This document shows positions 28,615 to 37,705 of a stretch of 55,879 nt of DNA, piece by piece (the stretch's first letter is position 1; each line of letters starts with the position of its first letter). Location of the stretch: assembly GCA_964459395.1 (NCBI GenBank), contig CAYWMU010000001.1, forward strand, positions 1 through 55,879, given 5' to 3'. Below the pieces are notes generated by a model that was not told where the DNA came from, made no database searches, and saw only the letters and a list, made by a program, of their open reading frames with translations. The translations under genes and the position numbers were made by a program. The DNA comes from an uncultured Bacteriovorax sp. Lineage in GTDB: Bacteria; Bdellovibrionota; Bacteriovoracia; Bacteriovoracales; Bacteriovoracaceae.

Positions 28615-29597
28615 AGATAAAGTTTAAAGAAATCAAAAGCGCTGAGGGAAACTTCCTCAGCGCTAAATTGAGCAGGTTTCTCTAATTCTGCTCCTGCCGC
28701 CCTAAAATCTAAATTGATATACTTAAGCTCTGCCATGAAATGAAAGGGTCCAAGGATTTGTGGGTCCTCTCTATCATTAAGAATAAGCGTGGGCGTTCCA
28801 CAGTAAGCACTTAAGCAACTAATTACTCCATTTCGTGTAATTACTCCCTGAGAGAAGGCCATCATTTGCGAAAGTTCAATATAGTTTTCAGGAAGAAAGA
28901 ATTTATAATTATTCTGCGGATTGAGCTGACTTAGAAACTCTTTTTGATTCAAAATGAATTTATCTTCACTTAAATCTGTAAAGAGTACAATGTTTTGATT
29001 TTGCAACTTTGAGCAGACCTCTCGCCATACCTCATCAATTTGACCATTGCTCAAGGGTCCTACATTGAAAGCGATATACTTTAGATCTTCTTCTAAGATA
29101 GGCTTAAGTTCTCTAGATAGGATACGAAAACTCGGGTCTGAATTAAATTCAGTCAGCTGATAATGATTGTCCGTTACATGCTGGCCTTTCATCCAGCTAT
29201 GAACTTCATTGAGAACAAAACCATTTAAGCCTTTTTTATAACCTATTCTCTTCTTGGCACGAAGGCCAAGTCCTAAACAGCAATCATAAAAAGAGTCTGA
29301 TAAAGAAATAAAAAGATCTACATTGTAAATCTTCAATCCTGCACAATAACGATGAACATCGAATACAGACTTTATCTCTTCATCGTCGAATTCATGATAA
29401 AAAAAATTTTTGAAAGGGAGTAGATTAAGTACTTCAATCCCATGCTTAGAGCATATCAGATGCACTTCTGCTGATGGATACTGACTTCTGAGAGCATGAA
29501 GGAAAGCAAAGCTAAGCACTCTTAGCTGCAGTTCGTTCGGAAGTTTTATTGCGATTGTGTGGACTAAGCCGTCAATCTTTTCTGTCTCTCTAACCAT
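28611..29597 (-). CDS. Glycosyltransferase family 9 (heptosyltransferase-like), apparently degenerate
   Basis: KLPN...HALRSQYPSAEVHLIC, AKKRIGY, LSAYCGTPTL; canonical GD and DSG..H motifs are altered. Confidence 0.7.
   Translation of the reverse strand: MVRETEKIDGLVHTIAIKLPNELQLRVLSFAFLHALRSQYPSAEVHLICSKHGIEVLNLLPFKNFFYHEFDDEEIKSVFDVHRYCAGLKIYNVDLFISLSDSFYDCCLGLGLRAKKRIGYKKGLNGFVLNEVHSWMKGQHVTDNHYQLTEFNSDPSFRILSRELKPILEEDLKYIAFNVGPLSNGQIDEVWREVCSKLQNQNIVLFTDLSEDKFILNQKEFLSQLNPQNNYKFFLPENYIELSQMMAFSQGVITRNGVISCLSAYCGTPTLILNDREDPQILGPFHFMAELKYINLDFRAAGAELEKPAQFSAEEVSLSAFDFFKLYL
28638..28664. terminator. Hairpin downstream of valS, embedded in the convergent GT9 gene
   Basis: 10-bp perfect inverted repeat AGCGCTGAGG / CCTCAGCGCT starting 24 nt after the valS stop. 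Confidence 0.5.
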
Positions 29598-30292
29598 AGA
29601 ACTGTAAAAAAGCTAGTTGCTAGAGCTGGAACCAAAGCATTGATTAAAGGAATCGTAATCAATACTAAAAAAACTAGCCCATACCCTCCATAAGATAAAA
29701 TGTTTCTGAAGAGGTCAGAGATACACTGAGAAAAAGTCATCTCATGACGAGACCACGAATAATCAACAAACTGAATAGATAGTACCAAGGCCAAGAGAAA
29801 AATGCCTATGGGATAGAAAAGAGGAAAAAGATTCAAGAGGAAGGCGAGCCCCGTTAAGATGACAATAAAAATCATCTTCTTTACTTCGTTGATAAAAGTA
29901 GTTCCTAGATCCTTCAGCATACTTTTGAATGTACTCTTCTTATCTTCTGAAACTTTTTTTCCAGAAAGTTTTTCTTCAATGCGTGAGCTCAAAAGGCTGT
30001 TAAATGGAGCAGAGATAATTCCACTCACTAAAATGAAAGTCCAACTCGTCACCAGAAACATAAAAATAATAAAAATGGCCGTTATTATTTTCCCAACCCA
30101 TCCTGCTGTTTGAGGATCCGGTATCCAATTCTGAATAAAGACTCCGAAATAGTCCGAATTCTTGAAAACAAGTACAATGAGAAAAATATAAATACTTAAG
30201 GCCAGAAGAGTAGGGATTACCGCTAACAATAAGTTGATAGGATCTTTAAAAATAAGTCTTAAAGATATAGGCAATAGCTTTACTTCATTCAT
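29564..30292 (-). CDS. EI24/CysZ-like membrane protein
   Basis: IISAPFNSLLS.RIE, QFVDYSWSRH and IPLIN motifs; several TM helices. Confidence 0.8.
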   Translation of the reverse strand: MNEVKLLPISLRLIFKDPINLLLAVIPTLLALSIYIFLIVLVFKNSDYFGVFIQNWIPDPQTAGWVGKIITAIFIIFMFLVTSWTFILVSGIISAPFNSLLSSRIEEKLSGKKVSEDKKSTFKSMLKDLGTTFINEVKKMIFIVILTGLAFLLNLFPLFYPIGIFLLALVLSIQFVDYSWSRHEMTFSQCISDLFRNILSYGGYGLVFLVLITIPLINALVPALATSFFTVLWLERQKRLTA

Positions 30293-30301
30293 CTTTTCTT
30301 C

Positions 30302-30736
30302 CTACTCAGCTATCTTTTGATAATTTTTAAACCTAAATGAAAAGAGTTCAGAGAAGTCTTCGAGATTTGAACTCGTCCCCTCTGGAATCCGCATAACAAT
30401 CTCTTCTAATTCTTTCCAGTCCAAGTACTCATAAGCTATATCGGTCAAAACATTTAAATTATGGCATCGCTCGAATTTTTGTCGTGCCTTGGTGATCATC
30501 CCCTGGGCACCAATGATATTCTCATTACGGTAATGAATACAAGCAGCAGCAACTTGAATAATGGCCCAGTAAATATTTCGAGCATTATCGTTTCGGTCTT
30601 CCATCCACAAATCTTCAAAAGACTCGTGGCACTCCCAATACTTTTGCTCATTAAAAAGGGCAATCCCCTCCTCCATCTTATTAAGATGTTCCGGAGAAAA
30701 TTGCCCAAAATGATATTGCACCTTAAAAGCCACCAA
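30302..30736 (-). CDS. DUF309 domain protein
   Basis: GIALFNEQKYWECHESFEDLW...IIQVAAACIH..N..GA. Confidence 0.85.
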   Translation of the reverse strand: MVAFKVQYHFGQFSPEHLNKMEEGIALFNEQKYWECHESFEDLWMEDRNDNARNIYWAIIQVAAACIHYRNENIIGAQGMITKARQKFERCHNLNVLTDIAYEYLDWKELEEIVMRIPEGTSSNLEDFSELFSFRFKNYQKIAE

Positions 30737-31493
30737 GAATGTTTAGACCAGAGTCTACATAGAGAACCTGACCAGTCACACCGCCTGAAAGATTTGAAGC
30801 AAGATAAACGGCAGCTCCGCCACAATCTTCTGGTGTCACGTTTCTCTTCATAGGAGAGATTTCTTCTACTTGGCTTAAAAGAGTTCTAAAACCAGAAATC
30901 CCTGAAGCAGCAAGTGTTTTAATTGGGCCTGCAGAAATACAGTTAACTTTAATTCCACGAGGTCCTAAGTCATAAGCAAGGTAGCGAGTAGAAGCTTCAA
31001 GAGCTGCTTTAGCTACTCCCATAACGTTATAATTCTTAACTACTTTTTGAGAGCCATAATAAGTCATACTGATTATAGATCCACCGTCATTAAGAAGATC
31101 ATGAAGAGAGTCTGTAATACCAACTAAAGAAAAAGCTGAAATATCACAGGCCATTGCAAAACCTTTACGAGAAGTGTGAAGGAATTCGCGAGATAAGTCT
31201 TCCTTATCAGCAAAAGCAAGAGAGTGAACGATGATATCAAACTTGCCCCACTTCTCTTCAATCGTTTTTCTCATGGCCGGATAATGATCATCATTAGTCA
31301 CATCCATTTCGAAAATAAAGTCTGCACCTACTTGTTCAGCAAGTGGTTCTACACGTTTTTTAATAGCATCATTCATGTAAGAAAGAGCAATGCTGGCACC
31401 TTGTTCTTTAAAGGCTTGAGTGATACCCCAAGCAATTGAACGATCATTGGCAAGACCAAGAATAAGAGCTTTTTTGCCTTCTAAGAGTTTCAT
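30723..31493 (-). CDS. fabI: Enoyl-ACP reductase
   Basis: GLANDRSIAWGI, VHSLAFA, YNVMGVAKAALE, ISAGPIKTLAASGI. Confidence 0.96.
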   Translation of the reverse strand: MKLLEGKKALILGLANDRSIAWGITQAFKEQGASIALSYMNDAIKKRVEPLAEQVGADFIFEMDVTNDDHYPAMRKTIEEKWGKFDIIVHSLAFADKEDLSREFLHTSRKGFAMACDISAFSLVGITDSLHDLLNDGGSIISMTYYGSQKVVKNYNVMGVAKAALEASTRYLAYDLGPRGIKVNCISAGPIKTLAASGISGFRTLLSQVEEISPMKRNVTPEDCGGAAVYLASNLSGGVTGQVLYVDSGLNILGGF

Positions 31494-31850
31494 AAATTCC
31501 TCACTTTTTAATTACTGATAAAACTACCTTAGAACTCACTCAACGATCAAGCACTTCCTTCGATTCAATTAGAAATTGTCAACAGAGGAGAACGATCAGG
31601 CCAAATAATGAAATTTTTTTTAATAAAAAAATGCCTATCAGTGGAATGAGGGACTCAAGAAATCTTTCCACTTTTTACTTCCTTGTCACCGTTAACGTAA
31701 GAGTAAAATACACCCTAAAACTCAGCCTTGAGGATCTGCGCCCCAATCTTAATTTCACTCGACAGAGATCTAAATTTTACCTCTTGAAAAGTGCCATCTT
31801 AACCTTCATTATGGCCTCATATCCCAACTATTCGTAGAAAGGAGAATGTT

Positions 31851-32513
31851 ATGCGTTCATTCGGTTTTATCTTTACAATTTTATTTCTAACTTCTTGCGG
31901 TGGCGGAGGCGGCGGCAGCAGTAGCGGCGGAGCTTCTGGCTCAAGCAATAACTCACATACACCTTCAACAGTACATGCTGAAGAAATTAGCCTGGAAGGA
32001 AACGTTCCTCTAGCTGCTGATACTTTTGACATAAAGCTAAATCTCGAGGGCTTTAACAAGTCTCACAAAGAGAAAGTTTACGAAGCTCGCGAACTCATTC
32101 GAGAAGTTATCGCTTCTCAAGAGTTTAAAGATCAAGTTCTCGGATATACCTATAAAGGGAAAAAACAGTTTGCAGATAACGGCGGCCTAACCAATGAGCA
32201 GGTTTATCAAAAGATTCTAGAGGGATCTGAAAAGTTCACTCCAGGTAAGGACAATCAAATGGATCTTTATCTTAAAACTTATTCTGACAAAGGTAGTACA
32301 ACTGTCGGTTATACTTATAAAAATGTAAAACATGTATGGATGAATACAAAGTATCTCTCTATGTATCCTGCCGCAAAAATTACCACCAATATGGTTCACG
32401 AATGGCTTCACAAAGTAGGCTTTACCCATGACGTGGACAAGACGGCTAAAAGACCTCACTCGGTTCCCTACGCAGTTGGCTATATTGTCAGAGACTTAGC
32501 TGCAAGAATTTAA
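31851..32513 (+). CDS. Lipoprotein zinc metallopeptidase (metzincin-type motif)
   Basis: Lipobox LTSC, Gly/Ser linker, HEWLHKVGFTH = HExxHxxGxxH; SD AAGGAG. Confidence 0.75.
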   Translation: MRSFGFIFTILFLTSCGGGGGGSSSGGASGSSNNSHTPSTVHAEEISLEGNVPLAADTFDIKLNLEGFNKSHKEKVYEARELIREVIASQEFKDQVLGYTYKGKKQFADNGGLTNEQVYQKILEGSEKFTPGKDNQMDLYLKTYSDKGSTTVGYTYKNVKHVWMNTKYLSMYPAAKITTNMVHEWLHKVGFTHDVDKTAKRPHSVPYAVGYIVRDLAARI

Positions 32514-32571
32514 TTTTGCCAAATTTTTCTGACAGCTTTCTTCTCCGATATTCCTCCTAAATCTTTGAATT

Positions 32572-32600
32572 TTGTATGGGATATTAAGTACGACTAGAAT
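32572..32600 (+). promoter_or_regulatory. Putative sigma70 promoter for the small ORF
   Basis: TTGTAT-N17-TAGAAT. Confidence 0.5.
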
Positions 32601-32646
32601 CCTTCTTACCAAAGTTTTTTATCCACGACTTGGCAAGGAGGTACGT

Positions 32647-32718
32647 ATGCTCGATACATTTCACTATGAGAAATGTATGTATATGGTGGACTTAGAGAAT
32701 TTTTCACCTGGAATGTAA
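32647..32718 (+). CDS. Small ORF, 23 aa (MLDTFHYEKCMYMVDLENFSPGM)
   Basis: Perfect SD AAGGAGGT at 32635-32642, upstream promoter-like motif, downstream terminator; below the ORF-track length cutoff. Confidence 0.55.
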   Translation: MLDTFHYEKCMYMVDLENFSPGM

Positions 32719-32730
32719 TTCATGATATTT

Positions 32731-32761
32731 GTCACCCTCTCTACAGAGGGTGATTTTTTTT
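32731..32761 (+). terminator. Intrinsic terminator after the sORF
   Basis: TCACCCTCT-CTAC-AGAGGGTGA followed by T8. Confidence 0.85.
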
Positions 32762-32786
32762 GAGCAGGACAAGCTCAAAGCTCCCA

Positions 32787-32795
32787 TGATAACAT
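32787..32795 (+). promoter_or_regulatory. Extended -10 promoter, probable leaderless start of hisC
   Basis: TG-A-TAACAT 6 nt before ATG 32802; no SD. Confidence 0.5.
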
Positions 32796-32801
32796 TCTCT
32801 C

Positions 32802-33926
32802 ATGAAAAAACTTGTTCCTGAATACATCGAAAAACTAGAAGTTTATCAAGCTGGAAAACCTGTAGAAGAACTAGCAAGAGAAAAAGGGTTAACTAAAATC
32901 ACGAAACTTGCTAGTAATGAAAACCCTCTTGGTCCATCCCCTTTTGCAATCAGAGAAATGACTAATGCCCTGTGGGATACCCATCGTTATCCTGATATGG
33001 CCGCTCACCAATTAAAGTCCTCTTTGTCTGCACTTTATAATCTCAAACCTCAAAATATTATTTTAGGAAATGGTTCCGAAGGAATCATGGGTTATATTTG
33101 TCGCGCTTTTTTACAACCCAATGAAGAAGTCGTCACTTCAGAAAATACCTTCATCGGTTTTCTCATTCTGGCAAAATCAGTCGGAGCGAAACTTATTCAA
33201 GTGCCTCGAACTCCTGACTACAAGTTTGATGTTAAGGCTATGGCCCAAAAGATTAATGAGAATACCAAGATCGTTTATCTTGCAAATCCTGATAATCCAA
33301 CAGGGACCTATATCACAAAAGAAGAATTTGATTTCCTCATGGAGCATGTTCCGGCCCATACTATCGTGATTCTTGATGAGGCTTACTTTGAGTTTGCTCA
33401 AGAAGAGTGGGATTATCCTGACTCTATGACCTATCGATATGACAACGTTCTAACTCTTAGAACTTTTTCTAAGGCCTATGGAATTTCAGGAGTTCGTTGC
33501 GGTTACGGCTTTGGTCATGAACACCTCATTGGTAACCTTCATAAAGTTAAACTTCCTTTCGAACCAAGTTTAATTGCTCAAAAGGGGGCCATTGGTGCTT
33601 TACAGGATTATCCTCATTTAAAAAGAACCATTGAACTCAATCGAACTGAAAGAAAAAGACTTGTAGAATATTTAGTATCTAAAGGGTTTAAGCCTGTTCA
33701 CTCTGTGACAAACTTTGTCACTCTCAAGACTGGTTCAGAAGAAGCAAGTAATTATCTCTACAATGAACTTTTAAATGAGGGAGTTATTATTCGTCCATTA
33801 CGGGCCAATCTCATGCCGGATCATATTCGAATCTCCATAGGTACTCCTGAAGAAATGAATCACTTATTTGAGGCCATGGACAAAATACTTCCGCAATATC
33901 TTAACAAATTTGGAATCGCGAAATGA
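32802..33926 (+). CDS. hisC: HisC-family PLP aminotransferase, probably acting on aromatic amino acids here
   Basis: KLASNENPLGPSP, GNGSE, NPDNPTG, DEAYFEF, RTFSKAYG..G.R.G. Confidence 0.9.
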   Translation: MKKLVPEYIEKLEVYQAGKPVEELAREKGLTKITKLASNENPLGPSPFAIREMTNALWDTHRYPDMAAHQLKSSLSALYNLKPQNIILGNGSEGIMGYICRAFLQPNEEVVTSENTFIGFLILAKSVGAKLIQVPRTPDYKFDVKAMAQKINENTKIVYLANPDNPTGTYITKEEFDFLMEHVPAHTIVILDEAYFEFAQEEWDYPDSMTYRYDNVLTLRTFSKAYGISGVRCGYGFGHEHLIGNLHKVKLPFEPSLIAQKGAIGALQDYPHLKRTIELNRTERKRLVEYLVSKGFKPVHSVTNFVTLKTGSEEASNYLYNELLNEGVIIRPLRANLMPDHIRISIGTPEEMNHLFEAMDKILPQYLNKFGIAK

Positions 33927-34906
33927 AAATTTGCACATACTTAAAATCATCTTTCCTCGGTAGTCATAAACGACTTGGTATTGTTCACCAAGATAGGGTG
34001 ATTGATGTAAACCTTGTTTGGAAATATTTTTTTGAACAGCAGGGATACTACTCTCCAGATGAGAAGGCCAATCATCATATGCCGAGCTCTCTTAGCGATA
34101 TCCTTACTCACTATCAGGAAAATAGTTTGGAGAGATTTAAAATTACTCTTTCGCACTATAATGATCTCCTGAAAAACGGTCTTGATCCTCAAAAAGTTTC
34201 TCTTTCCCTTAACGACATTGAATTTGACTCCCCCTTAGATAAAATTGTTATGTACCGTGATTTTTACGCTCACGAAAAACACGTTAAGAAAGGTTTTGAA
34301 AAACGCGGAGAAGAAGTTCCGGAAGCTTGGTATGAAATACCTGCTTACTATAAAGGCGGAACAGCGGGCTTCTTAGGAAATAACACGACTATTCCGTGGC
34401 CTTCTTTTTCTCAAAAAATTGATTACGAGTTAGAGCTTGGTGTTGTTTTAGGAAAAGATGGTTTCAATATTTCTGAAGAAAAAGCTCTCGAGCATATCTT
34501 TGGCTATACCATTTTGAATGATATTTCCGCCCGAGATATTCAGCGCAAAGAAATGAGTATTCGCTTAGGTCCTGCGAAAGGAAAAGACTGGTGCTCAATC
34601 ATGGGGCCAGTTATCGTTACGAGTGATGAGTTTGGAAAGAATGAACCTAATCTTCTAATGCAGGCACGAGTGAATGGTGAACTCTGGTCAGAAGGATATT
34701 CTGGAGATTCCCACTTCACTTGGAGTCAGATGATTTCTCATATGGGCCAGGATGAGTGGATACGTGCCAGTGAGTTTATTGGTTCTGGTACAGTTGGTAC
34801 CGGCTGCGGTCTTGAGCTTGATAAGTGGATTAAGCCAGGAGATATCATCGAATTGGAAATTGAAAAAATCGGAATTTTAAAAAACGTTGTAGGAAACCCT
34901 AAGTAG
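33923..34906 (+). CDS. Fumarylacetoacetate hydrolase family protein
   Basis: RDFYA.E.H, DYELELG, GYTILND.SARDIQ, GPAKGKD, GSGTVG.GC; adjacent to hmgA. Confidence 0.9.
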   Translation: MKICTYLKSSFLGSHKRLGIVHQDRVIDVNLVWKYFFEQQGYYSPDEKANHHMPSSLSDILTHYQENSLERFKITLSHYNDLLKNGLDPQKVSLSLNDIEFDSPLDKIVMYRDFYAHEKHVKKGFEKRGEEVPEAWYEIPAYYKGGTAGFLGNNTTIPWPSFSQKIDYELELGVVLGKDGFNISEEKALEHIFGYTILNDISARDIQRKEMSIRLGPAKGKDWCSIMGPVIVTSDEFGKNEPNLLMQARVNGELWSEGYSGDSHFTWSQMISHMGQDEWIRASEFIGSGTVGTGCGLELDKWIKPGDIIELEIEKIGILKNVVGNPK

Positions 34907-34912
34907 GTATTT

Positions 34913-36007
34913 ATGGAAAACTTCAAATCGAGTGGAAAATTTACTAAGCAAGCACACGTTAAACTTCCTGAAGGTCTTTATGAAGAAGAACATGGGAGAA
35001 AAGGTTTTTTTGGACGTGTTTCCCATCTCTACCACACTCAACAACCCACTGGTTGGATAAATATTGAAGGAGATTTGAAACCTCACAACCTTCCTCCAGT
35101 CTTTGAAGAAAAAGACTTCACTAATAAGTTTGTAAAAATTCTCTATAACAATGATATTGAAGTTTTCTTAGGGACTCTTACTGAGAACCCAACTACTTTT
35201 TTTAGAAATGCTGACTTTGATGAAATGTTTTTTATCCATGAAGGTGAAGGGAAGATTGAAACCGTTTATGGGGTCATTCCTTATAAAACTGGTGACTACA
35301 TTATCATCCCTCGTGGAACAACCTATAAAACTTATCTCTCAAAAAAGACAAAGTTTTTAAAAGTTGAATCTAACTCAGAGTTTGAGCAACCAACTCGAGG
35401 AATTCTCGGGCCAAATGCTCTTTACGACCAAACTGCTATTTTTGTTCCTGAGGCGACCATTGGAACTGAACAAAATTTAAAAGAATACACCATTGAAGTG
35501 AAATACCGTGGGAAGAAATCCTACGTTACCTATCCTTTTAATCCCCTAGATGCTGCTGGTTGGAAGGGTTCTCTTTATCCTTGGAAACTTTCCATTTACG
35601 ATTACTGCCCTATTAATTCTCATCGCTATCATATTCCACCAAGTGGCCATACAACATTTGTGGCACGTAACTTTGTTATCTGCTCTTTTGTGGCACGCCC
35701 CCTTGAGCACACTTCTGAAGGTGTTTTAAAAGTTCCGTTCTTCCACTCAAATATTGATTACGATGAAGTGCTTTTCTATCACCAAGGTAACTTCTTCTCT
35801 CGCGATAACATCGATGCTGGAGCTATCACTTACCATCCACAAGGCCTTCATCATGGTCCTCATCCAAAAGCTTTTGCTAAGGCCAATGAAAATGAGTTTA
35901 CAGATGAATTTGCGGTGATGATTGATACCAGATACCCTCTTTCCATGACTTATGAGTTTGAGGCCCATGAGAACAAAAATTATTGGAAATCATGGATGTC
36001 CAAGTAA
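34913..36007 (+). CDS. hmgA: Homogentisate 1,2-dioxygenase
   Basis: FFRNAD.DE, IPRG, H.PPS.H.TF, PFFHSN.DYDEVLFYH, HPQG.HHGP. Confidence 0.92.
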   Translation: MENFKSSGKFTKQAHVKLPEGLYEEEHGRKGFFGRVSHLYHTQQPTGWINIEGDLKPHNLPPVFEEKDFTNKFVKILYNNDIEVFLGTLTENPTTFFRNADFDEMFFIHEGEGKIETVYGVIPYKTGDYIIIPRGTTYKTYLSKKTKFLKVESNSEFEQPTRGILGPNALYDQTAIFVPEATIGTEQNLKEYTIEVKYRGKKSYVTYPFNPLDAAGWKGSLYPWKLSIYDYCPINSHRYHIPPSGHTTFVARNFVICSFVARPLEHTSEGVLKVPFFHSNIDYDEVLFYHQGNFFSRDNIDAGAITYHPQGLHHGPHPKAFAKANENEFTDEFAVMIDTRYPLSMTYEFEAHENKNYWKSWMSK

Positions 36008-36085
36008 TCTGGTCAAATGCAGATTTTTCCTCTTTAACCTAACTAGAAATGTGAGAGAATACTCTACATTGACAAGGAAGGGTTA

Positions 36086-36895
36086 ATGAAAAAACAAATT
36101 GTAGCAGTAGGCTTTCTATTATCTTCACTCTCAGCTTTTGGCGACGCCCGCTTTGAGGACCTCAGTAAAAAAGACGTAGAAAACGTCACTAAAGAATTTG
36201 CCACTAACTTTACGCACACAACGGCATCCGCTCCTAGTACCAACGGTCTCTGGGGAATTGAATTCGGTGTTGTTGCAGCAACGATGGGTTCACCTAAATT
36301 AAAAGACATCGTTAATGCTTCTGGTGGTGATGGTAAAGAGTTCGATACTCTCTATGCTGGAGGAGGATTCCTTAGAGTTCACGTTCCTTTTGAACTCTTT
36401 TTCGAAAGTTCCATTCTTCCTTCTACTAAAATCTCAGATGTAGAAGTTGATAACTTTACTTTCGGAGTTGGTTGGAATGCGGGGTCGTTTTTCAATCTCC
36501 CATTCGACTTGGCCTTTGGTTATGACGTTGCTAATGGAGAAACTTCGTTTAGTCAGGAAGTAGAAGATGCTATTACTAGTGTAACTGGTACATCTAAAAT
36601 TAAACTTGAGTCGCGTACGCAAAAAGCTTGGGTAGGAGTTTCTAAGAAACTTCTTGTTTTTACTCCGTATGCTAAGTTTGGTGTGATTAATATGGATAGT
36701 GAACTATCAGCTACAGCAAACGTAAACTTCGATATCTTCAACTACAGTACTTCTCAAAAAGAATCTGTAAAAGAAAGCGGCACTTACTGGGCAGCCGGTC
36801 TTCAAATGGACCTAAGTGTTTTAAGCATTGGGGTTGAGGCCATGAGTGCTCTTGGTAACAACAGATATGCCGCAAAATTCGCTTTTAGTTTCTAA
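36086..36895 (+). CDS. Outer-membrane beta-barrel (DUF6588-like)
   Basis: Signal peptide, amphipathic strands, TPYAKFG, C-terminal KFAFSF beta-signal. Confidence 0.7.
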   Translation: MKKQIVAVGFLLSSLSAFGDARFEDLSKKDVENVTKEFATNFTHTTASAPSTNGLWGIEFGVVAATMGSPKLKDIVNASGGDGKEFDTLYAGGGFLRVHVPFELFFESSILPSTKISDVEVDNFTFGVGWNAGSFFNLPFDLAFGYDVANGETSFSQEVEDAITSVTGTSKIKLESRTQKAWVGVSKKLLVFTPYAKFGVINMDSELSATANVNFDIFNYSTSQKESVKESGTYWAAGLQMDLSVLSIGVEAMSALGNNRYAAKFAFSF

Positions 36896-36905
36896 AACAA
36901 TCATT

Positions 36906-36936
36906 AAGGGCCTCCTCTAGAGGCCCTTTGCTTTTT
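36906..36936 (+). terminator. Intrinsic terminator
   Basis: AAGGGCCTC-CTCTA-GAGGCCCTT then TGCTTTTT. Confidence 0.8.
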
Positions 36937-36975
36937 ACTCTTTTTTTATCACTTCAAATATGACAGAGTTTCCCT

Positions 36976-37602
36976 ATGAAAACATTCACTACTGATGGTG
37001 CATTTACCGATAATTATAAACTGACTATTGGATCGATCATTCCTAGACCGATAGCTGTTATCTCCACCAGAAATCCTGATGGCTCAAACAATCTCGCACC
37101 TTTTTCTTTTTTTACCTCTGTTTCTTCAAAACCCATGATCATCGCTTTTTGTCCCATGATCAGAACCGCAACTGGTGATTTTAAAGACACGGTTAAAAAC
37201 ATTCTTAGAGAAAAAGAATTTGTTGTGAATTTTTGTACTGAAGAAAACTATGAGAAAGTTAATCTTGCTTCAACTGAACTTCCTTTCTGTGAAGATGAAT
37301 TTGAATTTGCAGGTCTCACTCCGCTAGACTCTCACCTTGTGAAAGCTAAGCGTATGAAAGAATCTCCCATTCATTTTGAATGTATCTTTAGAGATATGCT
37401 TTGCTATGGAACAGAGCCTGGGGCCGGTTCGCTAATAACTGGTGAGGTCAAGTTAATCCACGTCAATGATGAGATTGTTGATGATAAGAAAATCAATAGT
37501 ACATTGTTCAAGGCCGTTGGTCGTGGAGCAGGAAATGATTGGTTTAAAACTGACTCAAAGTTTGAGTTAGCAAGACTTATGAAAGCTCAAATCCAAAAAT
37601 AG
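36976..37602 (+). CDS. Flavin reductase-like family protein
   Basis: IIPRPIA.IST, NLAPFSFF, KDT..NI...EFVVN, DEF..AGLTP, ESP..FEC, VGR..G. Confidence 0.9.
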   Translation: MKTFTTDGAFTDNYKLTIGSIIPRPIAVISTRNPDGSNNLAPFSFFTSVSSKPMIIAFCPMIRTATGDFKDTVKNILREKEFVVNFCTEENYEKVNLASTELPFCEDEFEFAGLTPLDSHLVKAKRMKESPIHFECIFRDMLCYGTEPGAGSLITGEVKLIHVNDEIVDDKKINSTLFKAVGRGAGNDWFKTDSKFELARLMKAQIQK

Positions 37603-37655
37603 GGAAAACTGCCCCTCTTTTTAAAAAATATAAGCAATTTCTGAAACTTAAAGAT

Positions 37656-37671
37656 TGGCACACCTCTCGCA
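37656..37671 (+). promoter_or_regulatory. Putative sigma54 -24/-12 promoter
   Basis: TGGCAC-ACCTC-TCGCA against consensus TGGCAC-N5-TTGCW; followed by SD GAGGAG and ATG 37706. Confidence 0.6.
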
Positions 37672-37705
37672 AGAAACTCCTTTGATCTTACAGAGGAGTT
37701 CTTCA

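Noticed and set aside
31542-31598. Direct repeat AACGATCA twice in the fabI intergenic region
   Set aside because: Only two 8-mers; compatible with chance or promoter elements, and not an array.
31898-31930. GGC-rich repeat as a contingency locus
   Set aside because: Imperfect in-frame triplets encoding a Gly/Ser linker.
32647-32801. Classical His/Phe attenuator controlling hisC
   Set aside because: No run of cognate codons and no convincing antiterminator; hisC appears to have its own extended -10 after the terminator. Kept only as a minor alternative.
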